Source: an archaeon GW2011_AR10 (lineage in GTDB: Archaea; Iainarchaeota; Iainarchaeia; Iainarchaeales; GW2011-AR10). Taken from it: 32,000 nucleotides of DNA. The notes below the pieces were generated by a model. It ran no database searches and was not told where the DNA came from. It saw nothing but the letters and a program-made list of their open reading frames with translations. The translations under genes were made by a program, and so were the position numbers. The stretch spans positions 600,001-632,000 of the forward strand of contig CP010424.1 in NCBI GenBank assembly GCA_000830275.1. Reading direction: 5' to 3'. Below are positions 24,050 to 31,602 of the stretch, piece by piece (position 1 is the first letter of the stretch; the number at the start of each line of letters is the position of its first letter).

Positions 24050-24835
24050 TCACTTCTTTGCAGCAATAACAATTATTGTGTCCCCTTCACGCCAATTAAG
24101 GAGAAACTGATAAAATATTTTGTCAAACAAAATAAAAGGGTTTAATGAAATCGGAAAAAAAGGCTTGTTGATTTTAACCTTTAAAACCCTGAAGCCGTTC
24201 CTTGAAAGCAGTGCAGGAAGGATTTTATGGCCGAAATGCCAGACATGCTCTTCTGGGTTAAGGTAAACCCAGTTCTGCTTTTTAATTCCAGCAAGCCTGC
24301 TCTCAAAGTCTGGAACGCCAATTACTACAACGCCTTTTTTGCGCAGAATGCGCTTTGCTTCTTTAAGCGCTGCAGCAGGTTCCTGAAAGTGCTCAAAGAC
24401 ATGGTTGAAGACAACCAAATCAAAGTAGCGCGGAGGAAAACCGCTGTCTTCAAACAGGGCTTCTTTAACTGCTTTTTTTCCAAGCGCTTTTTTTGCCTCT
24501 GCTGCAGCTATTCTGCTTGGCTCAACCCCTTTAACACTGTAACCGCTGCGTTCAGCCAGCTCAAGCAGGATGCCAACGCTGCAGCCAACATCCAATAGTT
24601 TTCCGCTCGGCTTGAATTTTTTCACTTCCTCCAGGAGCTCTTCCATGAATCCTTCAACTTTTTTTCTTTCCAGCAAATAATTAAGGTGCTTTTCTTTTTC
24701 CCCCGCATAGTTTGGTTTTGGGACAGGAAAGGTTCTTGATATTCCACAAGAACTGCATTTTTCAATCGAGTGAGGCCCTTTCCTGAACAAAAGATGGTAT
24801 GATGCTGAGCCACACACGCATTTTTCTTTGCTCAT
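24050..24835 (-). CDS. SAM-dependent methyltransferase with an N-terminal Cys4 zinc ribbon
   Basis: The ATG at 24835 forms an ATGA overlap with the flippase stop. CVCGS...CSSCG, then LLDVGCSVGILLELAERSG (motif I) and LRKKGVVVIGVPD. Confidence 0.75.
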   Translation of the reverse strand: MSKEKCVCGSASYHLLFRKGPHSIEKCSSCGISRTFPVPKPNYAGEKEKHLNYLLERKKVEGFMEELLEEVKKFKPSGKLLDVGCSVGILLELAERSGYSVKGVEPSRIAAAEAKKALGKKAVKEALFEDSGFPPRYFDLVVFNHVFEHFQEPAAALKEAKRILRKKGVVVIGVPDFESRLAGIKKQNWVYLNPEEHVWHFGHKILPALLSRNGFRVLKVKINKPFFPISLNPFILFDKIFYQFLLNWREGDTIIVIAAKK

Positions 24836-26280
24836 TGTGAAACCTTTTGCATGGTTTTTGGCAGCACCTGCTTGATTAGGGCTACATCGGTTTTGTCTAT
24901 TATTCCGAGCGGATAAAGCGGAACAGCGTAAAACGCCACTGAAAGCAAAAACAAAAGTATGATGGGAGTATCTAATAGGAGCATGCCCATAATCAGAAAT
25001 GCTGTGAATGCATTCCATAAAGCCGGCTTAAAAAGCGTTTCAGTGAGGTTGACTCGGAAAATGTTCGTTGAAAAAAAGTGAAATGCCAGAATGAAAAGCA
25101 ATGCTTCTGACGCCAAGAAGGAAACGCTTGCGCCAAGCAGGCCAAACAAGGGGACAAGGTAAAAGTTTAACAGCAGGCCAAGCAATGCAATTACGCAGAA
25201 GATGGCTGCAACAGCCCTTTGCTTGTTCACTGCAAAAAGCGAGTAAAACAGGAGGCCGTTAAGGAAGCTGAGCGGGACAATCCAGGAGATTACTCTCAGC
25301 ACGGCCACTGATTCAAGGAATTCCACGCCGTAAATGAATAGAACAATTTTTTCTGCTGCGATGAACAAAAAAACGGCTATTGGCAGGCCAACAACAACCA
25401 ATAGCTTGAAGGATTTCTCAAACAGTCTGAAGAACCTAACCTTATCAGCGTGAAATGAAACCGAGAGGGCAGGATAAATTGCTATCAGGAAGTTTGTCTG
25501 AATAACAATAAGCGATTCAACCAGCCTTTGCGATGCAGTGTAAAGCCCCACAACCGCGCTGCCAAAAAAATGTTCCAGGAAGAGGACATTGATTTTAGTG
25601 TAAACAAGCAGAAAAATTGTTATCAGCGCAAAAATGAATCCATCCAAGAGAAGTGAACGCCAAAGCTTGAAATCGATGTTCCACGAAAAGCGGGAGATTT
25701 TTGTAAGCACGAGGAAAACGCTTAAAATAAATGAAACGATGTTGGCAAAAAGGTAAACTATAACGACTTCGAGGAGGCCGAAACCTTGCAGCAGAACAAG
25801 CATGCCAAAAAGGAAAAAGATTATGCTTTGAATTATCACCACCAGTGACTCAAATTCCATTACTTCAAAGGACTGGAAATGGTAGCGGAAAACCTGGCTT
25901 AAGGAATTGATGAAGGATGCAAGCGCAACAATGTAAACAATTGTCTTTAGGTGCGGCGAATAATTGGAGTTTTCAATGAACAGCACTAATACAAGTAAAG
26001 CTGCAATTACAAGCAGGAAGCGCAGCACTAAAACATTGCTCAAGTACTTCTGCACCCGTGATTTCTCTTTTGCAACATCCCTTATGACCAGGTTGGAAAA
26101 GCCAAACTCTGCAACTATTATAAAGAAGGATACAAGAATCAGCGCGAAGTTGTAGTTCCCAAAAGGCTCTGAGCCAAGGTTTCTTGCAACGAAAACCAGC
26201 AGCAGGAAAGTCAGGAACATTGAAATGATTCTTGCAGCTGTTAACGCAAAAGTGTTCCTGAAAACTGTTTTTACAACCAT
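24832..26280 (-). CDS. Wzx-like oligosaccharide flippase (MOP superfamily polysaccharide biosynthesis protein)
   Basis: 482 aa, about 12-14 TM. The N-terminus FRNTFALTAARIISMFLTFLLLVFVARNLGSEPFGNYNFAL is typical of the Polysacc_synt family. Confidence 0.7.
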   Translation of the reverse strand: MVVKTVFRNTFALTAARIISMFLTFLLLVFVARNLGSEPFGNYNFALILVSFFIIVAEFGFSNLVIRDVAKEKSRVQKYLSNVLVLRFLLVIAALLVLVLFIENSNYSPHLKTIVYIVALASFINSLSQVFRYHFQSFEVMEFESLVVIIQSIIFFLFGMLVLLQGFGLLEVVIVYLFANIVSFILSVFLVLTKISRFSWNIDFKLWRSLLLDGFIFALITIFLLVYTKINVLFLEHFFGSAVVGLYTASQRLVESLIVIQTNFLIAIYPALSVSFHADKVRFFRLFEKSFKLLVVVGLPIAVFLFIAAEKIVLFIYGVEFLESVAVLRVISWIVPLSFLNGLLFYSLFAVNKQRAVAAIFCVIALLGLLLNFYLVPLFGLLGASVSFLASEALLFILAFHFFSTNIFRVNLTETLFKPALWNAFTAFLIMGMLLLDTPIILLFLLSVAFYAVPLYPLGIIDKTDVALIKQVLPKTMQKVSQ

Positions 26281-26469
26281 TGCTTATCACGCGGCCTTTC
26301 CAGCACAGCCAAGACATAGAAAAAGGTTGTTTTCACTTGCCAGTTGCAAAAGCAGTGCATGCTTTCCTTTAAGGAATTCTTCCAGCATACAAGTAAAAGG
26401 AGGGATGCCTAATAAAAATTTAAAGGCAGGATTTTTCACTGAATTTTTAGCCATCTAACTCAAACGAAA

Positions 26470-26479
26470 TATTTAAATA
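26470..26479. promoter_or_regulatory. Palindromic TATA-like element tatttaaata in the divergent gap between the flippase operon and the surface-protein gene
   Basis: Self-complementary AT-rich 10-mer, about 60 nt upstream of ATG 26540, in the only large gap between divergent operons. Confidence 0.35.
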
Positions 26480-26539
26480 GAATAATATCTATATTGATGT
26501 AGAATTTTTGCTTGCCTATTGATTAAAGGGGTAAAATGC

Positions 26540-28459
26540 ATGGCTGAACTTCAAGAAATGCAGAAGAAAGGCATTATTCTTGCAATGGTGGCAGTCATCG
26601 TTGGGATTGTAATAATTGGAGGCCCGGCATCTGCATTTTATGTTGTTGGCACGCCAGTGTTAACGCACACGCCAGGAACGAAGGATGCCAATGTAACTGT
26701 TACAATTTACAAAGAGAGATATGAGGCAATTGGAGACATCAACGCCCAAATGTTCGGAATGAGCACTGACGGTGATGTTACAAATGCAAAGGGCTTTGGT
26801 GCTGTAGGCACTGACGTAAACTGCTTTGCAGTGCCGGATGAGTATTATGCTTACACTGAACCATTAAGCCAGACTCCTTCAGCAAACCCTTCAACGACAA
26901 CTGTTAGGAGCTATGCACCGTGGCAGAAAAGCGATGGAACCTATGACTACAACATTTTGGCTTACGGCTATGTTGGAAACACTGGAACTTTTACTGCAGG
27001 GGACCCGGGCAGCGCTGCAAGGTTTTTGACTGCTAACCCAGGTGGGCTGACAGAAGCATACTATGGTTATGGATACAATTATGCCGGGAAGTTCAATTGC
27101 AAATGGCAGTTCACAAACCTTCCTGATGCGGTTTACTTTGGGGTGAAAGTGTGGATTAATGGGTTTTTAATGAACACTAGAGGTTTTACCACTCAAGCCG
27201 ATACTGTTCAGGGAGCAACAATTGGAGATGTAAACGCAATCTTTGCAATTAAAACATTTGCAACAAGCGGTGCAACTGACATAAACTTTGTTGACGGCTC
27301 ATCAAACAAAAAAATGTATTTGTCAATTCCTGCAAACGCAGTTAACAGCGGCTCAGGAAGCACTGTAACGAAAGGCTCTGATTTTATAACAGTAGACATT
27401 AATATTGCTAGTGCAAGAGCTAATAGTGCTGCTGACATTACAAACGTTCCAAGGTTCAGGCTTGATTCAAATGTTGCAAGCCTTACATTTGATGGAAGCA
27501 ACCAAGCAACCCTTGATTTGTTCTACACGGGCTTTTTCACTGATGCTCAAATACTATCATTTGGTACAGCATTTAATATTTGGAAATTGGGAACTAATGG
27601 AGCCTGGACAAAGATTACCAATGGAAGAGACATTAATACAGATATTGACAGAGTCAGAGTAATCATTGGAAGCTTTTCTGAATGGGGTTTTGGTCAGGAC
27701 ACTTCAGCAGGAAGTGGAACAGGCGGAACAACAACTACCACTGGAAGCACTGGTGGAGCCGGTGAAGGTGGCGGAGGAGGCGGTGGAGGCGGAGAGCCAA
27801 GTGCCCCATCCGGTGTTACAAGCGTTATTGTAGGGGAAAGCAGTGAAACTTACACTCCCACTCCAGAGGAGATAATAGATGTTTTAACCAAGGCAGGAGT
27901 AAGCCAGGAACAGATTGAAAAAGCGCTGGAGGCTGCGGACAGCACTTCCATTACGAAGAGCCTGCAAGTGTTCAAAGAAACAAACAATGCAACAGGAGAG
28001 GTAACTTATAGGACAGAATTCACGATAGTTGTTAGGAACACTTCAACTGACACGATTTTGGCGAATGTAAGGGTTGTTGAAACAATTCCGAAGAGCGTTG
28101 CACAGAGCGCAAGCGAAATAAGTAGTTCTTACACTTACAGTGTGCTGGTTGCTGACCCGGTGCTAGAGTTTGAAGCGCCAAACGTCAGGCCAGGACAAGA
28201 AATCAAAATAACTTACTCTGTTAACAAAAAGCTGGATGAATCGGTTCTTGGAGAGTTCGAACCAACGGCTGTTATTGCTGATGAGAAGCCAATTAGTGCA
28301 GGGGAAGAGGAAGTTACGCCGCCAACAGGGGAAGTAATTGCCCCAACTCCAGGAGAGGGAGTTGAAAAGCCAACTGACTTGCTTGGAACGCTGCTGGTAA
28401 TAGTAATAGTTATTGTCGCAATTGCGGCAGCATACACTTACTTCATGAAAAAGAAGTAA
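26540..28459 (+). CDS. Large cell-surface protein with an N-terminal pilin-like/signal hydrophobic segment, a Gly/Thr linker and a C-terminal TM anchor
   Basis: MAELQEMQKKG-IILAMVAVIVGIVIIGGPASA at the N-terminus. GTTTTTGSTGGAGEGGGGGGGGGE linker. C-terminal LLGTLLVIVIVIVAIAAAYTYFMKKK. aaagggg SD-like motif upstream. Confidence 0.65.
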   Translation: MAELQEMQKKGIILAMVAVIVGIVIIGGPASAFYVVGTPVLTHTPGTKDANVTVTIYKERYEAIGDINAQMFGMSTDGDVTNAKGFGAVGTDVNCFAVPDEYYAYTEPLSQTPSANPSTTTVRSYAPWQKSDGTYDYNILAYGYVGNTGTFTAGDPGSAARFLTANPGGLTEAYYGYGYNYAGKFNCKWQFTNLPDAVYFGVKVWINGFLMNTRGFTTQADTVQGATIGDVNAIFAIKTFATSGATDINFVDGSSNKKMYLSIPANAVNSGSGSTVTKGSDFITVDINIASARANSAADITNVPRFRLDSNVASLTFDGSNQATLDLFYTGFFTDAQILSFGTAFNIWKLGTNGAWTKITNGRDINTDIDRVRVIIGSFSEWGFGQDTSAGSGTGGTTTTTGSTGGAGEGGGGGGGGGEPSAPSGVTSVIVGESSETYTPTPEEIIDVLTKAGVSQEQIEKALEAADSTSITKSLQVFKETNNATGEVTYRTEFTIVVRNTSTDTILANVRVVETIPKSVAQSASEISSSYTYSVLVADPVLEFEAPNVRPGQEIKITYSVNKKLDESVLGEFEPTAVIADEKPISAGEEEVTPPTGEVIAPTPGEGVEKPTDLLGTLLVIVIVIVAIAAAYTYFMKKK

Positions 28460-28491
28460 AACAAACGCCATAGCAAACAGCAAATTAAAAA

Positions 28492-28512
28492 TTCTTTTTT
28501 CTTTTTGTTTTC
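28492..28512 (+). terminator. Oligo-T tract (archaeal-type terminator) after the surface-protein gene
   Basis: ttcttttttctttttgttttcc begins about 33 nt after the TAA stop. Confidence 0.5.
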
Positions 28513-28556
28513 CTTAAAGCGGAATACTTAATTACTTGGTTGAACTACTTTATTTC

Positions 28557-29204
28557 ATGGGAAACAGGATTGACAAAATTTATTTCATAACGCATCCAGC
28601 ATATACTACCGCAATTAGAAGCAAGCAAACCAGGAACACTGCTAACGAGGCAAGGCACTTCATTGAAACAGAACTGCACCCGGTCATTGAAAGGGCTGCG
28701 AAAGAGCCAAATTCAATTGTCGTTCTTGTTAAGAGCCCTTTTTCGCTTCCAATAAAAGGCCTTAGCAGGGAAATACAGAGTGCAATGAGACGGTCACTCA
28801 AAATCAGTGGGTCATGGCACAGGAAAGGCAACGCAGTTGAAAAAAGGTTTGCTAAGTTTGTTGAAGGAAAACTTGGAGTGAAGGCCATAATTTCTTCTGG
28901 CCATGTAGGCCTTAAAGCGCTTTCAAAGGATCCAGCAGATTTGATTATAGAAAAAGTTAAAGCTGAAATCAAGCGCAGAAAATTTGAGTTAAGCAGGAAT
29001 GCCTCTGTTGAAGGCTATGGGAGTTACAGGGAAATATGCGCCCATGATTTTCCGAACAAGTTCAGGGAAGCGCTTGGAATTACCGGCAGGTTTGAGGTGA
29101 AGCGAGCCGGCAGCATTTCTTTTGTTACAGGGTACAGGAAGCTCCCGAGGCCACCCCACAATCAGCCAAAAAAACCCAAGCAACACGGCATTAGAAGGCG
29201 CTAG
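28557..29204 (+). CDS. Hypothetical soluble protein with a basic Pro/Lys-rich C-terminus
   Basis: 215 aa from ATG 28557 (the track ORF starts at TTG 28536). I recognise no motif. It sits between the surface-protein and ATPase genes. Confidence 0.45.
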   Translation: MGNRIDKIYFITHPAYTTAIRSKQTRNTANEARHFIETELHPVIERAAKEPNSIVVLVKSPFSLPIKGLSREIQSAMRRSLKISGSWHRKGNAVEKRFAKFVEGKLGVKAIISSGHVGLKALSKDPADLIIEKVKAEIKRRKFELSRNASVEGYGSYREICAHDFPNKFREALGITGRFEVKRAGSISFVTGYRKLPRPPHNQPKKPKQHGIRRR

Positions 29205-29261
29205 TTTTATCCTTGTTTTCAGGAGGAAAAAGAAAGCCTTAAAAAAAGCACCAGACATATT

Positions 29262-29277
29262 TACGTCAATTGACGTA
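29262..29277. promoter_or_regulatory. Perfect 16-bp palindrome tacgtcaattgacgta immediately upstream of the ATPase reading frame (candidate operator)
   Basis: tacgtcaa/ttgacgta is perfectly self-complementary. It is preceded by a catattta TATA-like motif. It has the same TA-NN-TCAATTGA-NN-TA architecture as 1343-1358. Confidence 0.5.
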
Positions 29278-29462
29278 TAACTATTGGCGGTGTTTTTCTG
29301 GAAAAGCTGGAAAATCCTTCGGAAGCGAAGCTTAAAAGCCACGAAATTCTTGGCTGGGGCCTTTACCACTTTGACGAACCGATTTCAAAGACACTAAGGA
29401 AGGGGAAGGAAGCCGAAATAGTTGAACGCGCTGACGGCAGCAAGCATTACATTATCAGGGCT

Positions 29463-30800
29463 TTGCCTGAGCTTTCAGTGCAGGAAGCGTGGCTTGTCAA
29501 AAACTTTCTCAGCGAGTTTGCTGAAGGAGCCTATGGCAAAGGAAATTCTGAGCCGATTGAAGTTGCACTTAAAAAATTTTGCGAGAAAAACTGGGTTGAG
29601 CTGGATGATGGGCAGCGAGAGTACTTGGTTAAAACGCTTCAATTGCTTGCCTTTGAATTCGGGTTCCTTTCAATCATCTTGGAAGACGACAACATAGAGG
29701 AAGTTGCGGTAATCGGCTTGCATAAACCGGTTTATGTTTTTGACAGAGCATTCGGCTGGATGAAAACCAATGCCTTTTATTCAAGCGAAGCAGCCGTTAA
29801 AAATGCAGCCAACAAAATGGCAAGGCAGATTGGCAGGCACTTAAGCCTCCAAAACCCAAAACTGAATGCAGTGCTGCCGAACGGAAGCAGGCTGAATGCA
29901 TGCATTGAGCCGGCAGCAATGCAGCCTGCAATCACAATAAGGAAGTTCAGGGAAAAACCTTTTACTCCAACAGAGCTTGTTGCCAACAGAACGATTTCAA
30001 GTGAAGCCATTGCTTTCCTGTGGGCGGCAATGCAGACTGACTGCTCCATGCTAGTGTGTGGCAACACTGGCAGCGGGAAAACAAGCACACTGAACGCGCT
30101 TTTCTGTTTTGTTCCAAAAGAGGAGAGAATTATTGTAACAGAGGAAACCCCTGAAATAAACCTGCCGCACGAACACATGGTAAAGCTCGTAACTGTTCAA
30201 AACATTGGCATTGGCATGAGTGAACTCATCGAGAATACTTTAAGGATGAGGCCTGACAGGGTTGTTGTTGGTGAAATACGGAACAGGGAAGAAGTGAATG
30301 CATTCATTGACACTCTCCTTGCAGGGCAGGGAAAGGGCTGCTATGCTACTTTTCACGCCAGATCCGCGAAAGAAGCTGCGCTGAGAATGAAGAAGTTAGG
30401 AGTGATGGAAATGGATCTTGGGGCAGTTGACATTATTCTTGTTCAGAAAAGGTGGAATTCTGTCAGAGAAAAAAAGGTTTCAGCCGAAGGCCCATTTTCG
30501 CAAACCTTTTCCCAAAAGGTTTCAGCCGAAGTCAGGCGCATCACTGAAATTGTTGAGGTCAGCCATTCAGCTGAAGGGCTTGAGTTGCGCACACTGTTTG
30601 AATTTGACCACGAAAAAGGCATGCTTGTCAGAAAGAACAGGAGCTCAAAGGTGATGGAGAAAATGAAAATCACTTTCGGTTTAAATGAAAAGCAGTTGGG
30701 GAAGCTGTTGAAGCAAAGGGAGAAAAGGCTTCGCCTGCTGCAGGCAAAAGAGCCATCATTGAAGGAATTCTTCGAGGAAATCAGCAATGAACCAGACTGA
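29463..30800 (+). CDS. Type II/IV secretion-system ATPase (FlaI/ArlI / PilB / VirB11 family); the true N-terminus is probably upstream (frame open from 29274)
   Basis: Walker A VCGNTGSGKTSTLNAL. Walker B RPDRVVVGEIR. His box ATFHARS. The in-frame upstream translation ...HYIIRALPELSVQEA resembles the conserved N-domain. Only TTG 29463 is a canonical start. Confidence 0.85.
   Translation: MPELSVQEAWLVKNFLSEFAEGAYGKGNSEPIEVALKKFCEKNWVELDDGQREYLVKTLQLLAFEFGFLSIILEDDNIEEVAVIGLHKPVYVFDRAFGWMKTNAFYSSEAAVKNAANKMARQIGRHLSLQNPKLNAVLPNGSRLNACIEPAAMQPAITIRKFREKPFTPTELVANRTISSEAIAFLWAAMQTDCSMLVCGNTGSGKTSTLNALFCFVPKEERIIVTEETPEINLPHEHMVKLVTVQNIGIGMSELIENTLRMRPDRVVVGEIRNREEVNAFIDTLLAGQGKGCYATFHARSAKEAALRMKKLGVMEMDLGAVDIILVQKRWNSVREKKVSAEGPFSQTFSQKVSAEVRRITEIVEVSHSAEGLELRTLFEFDHEKGMLVRKNRSSKVMEKMKITFGLNEKQLGKLLKQREKRLRLLQAKEPSLKEFFEEISNEPD
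30472..30531 (+). repeat. 18-bp perfect direct repeat (aaaaggtttcagccgaag) at a 42-bp period, enclosing a 24-bp fragment of the intergenic hairpin repeat, in frame inside the ATPase gene
   Basis: 30472-30489 equals 30514-30531. 30488-30507 matches 2535-2554 at 19/20. A 9-bp-stem palindrome aaacctttt-ccc-aaaaggttt lies at 30502-30522. It encodes KVSAE-GPFSQTFSQ-KVSAE. Confidence 0.8.
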
Positions 30801-31590
30801 ATGGATTGAGAGAAAGTTGTCAAAAGACTTAATGGAAGCCGGAATGAAGGTAAATGAAAAGGAATATCTTTCAAATGCATTCAAGTTTTCTTTGATTGCA
30901 GCAATTTTTTTCTGGCTGGCTTGGAATCTTCTGTTCAATGAACTTTTTTTTGGGATTGCTGCAACTGCATTGTTCTTTCTTGCGTCTGTCTTGGTGTGGA
31001 TTTACCTGCCTGAAGCAAAAAAGAGAAAGCGCGCTGCACTGATTGAAAGGGATCTGCCGTTTGCTTTAATGCAGATGAGTGTTGAGCTGAACGTAAATGT
31101 TCCCTTCGAAAAAAGCCTGGAAAGGCTCTCCAAAGGAGGCTATGGCTTGGTTTCAGGGGAGCTGGGAAAAGCAATTGGTGAGGTGAAAGAAAAAGGGGCT
31201 TCGCTCCAGGAGGCGTTTATTCATGCAAGTGAAAGGAACCACTCTCACATGTTCCGAAGGGCACTGGCTCATCTAACGCAGGTGTACGAGCAGGGAAACA
31301 GAATCAAGGGCGAGGGGCTGAGGAGCCTGGCCAGAGAAGAGCTCGCACGGCAGAGGGCTAAAAGCAAGGAATTTTCAGGCAAGTTGGTAACGTATTCCTT
31401 GATGTTTATTGCCTTGTCGGCAATAATTCCTGCCTTGTTTCAGGCATTTATTGTTGTTGGCTCCACTTTCATGGAGCTGACGCTTTCACCGCTACAGGTG
31501 CTGCTCATTCCGGCGCTTGTTTTTCCACTGATTGATTTGGCGGTTTTGCAGCTCATAAGAAGCAAAACTCCAGAGTTCTTGAAAGGATGA
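30787..31590 (+). CDS. T2SSF-domain membrane platform protein (FlaJ/TadB/TadC-like), first of two
   Basis: 267 aa with a 14-nt overlap with the ATPase gene. Two N-terminal TM segments, then a cytoplasmic helical domain (LPFALMQMSVELNVNVPFEKSLERLSKGGYG...), then C-terminal TM segments. Confidence 0.7.
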   Translation: MNQTEWIERKLSKDLMEAGMKVNEKEYLSNAFKFSLIAAIFFWLAWNLLFNELFFGIAATALFFLASVLVWIYLPEAKKRKRAALIERDLPFALMQMSVELNVNVPFEKSLERLSKGGYGLVSGELGKAIGEVKEKGASLQEAFIHASERNHSHMFRRALAHLTQVYEQGNRIKGEGLRSLAREELARQRAKSKEFSGKLVTYSLMFIALSAIIPALFQAFIVVGSTFMELTLSPLQVLLIPALVFPLIDLAVLQLIRSKTPEFLKG

Positions 31591-31602
31591 GAGTGAAAGG
31601 AA

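Noticed and set aside
26287-26454. 55-aa minus-strand ORF directly upstream of the flippase start
   Set aside because: Its ATG lies only about 20 nt from the centre of the only plausible TATA element, probably upstream of the TSS. It has no motif or SD. The region is more likely the 5' UTR of the flippase operon.
28536-29465. The hypothetical gene and the ATPase share a reading frame, raising the question of a disrupted fusion
   Set aside because: Two in-frame stops (TAG 29202-29204 and TGA 29271-29273) and a promoter-like or palindrome segment separate them. A fusion would need two errors.
28580-30880. Minus-strand ORFs 28580-28972, 28989-29369, 29777-30178 and 30443-30880
   Set aside because: They are antisense to the hypothetical, ATPase and platform genes. 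The ATPase in particular is unambiguous on the plus strand.
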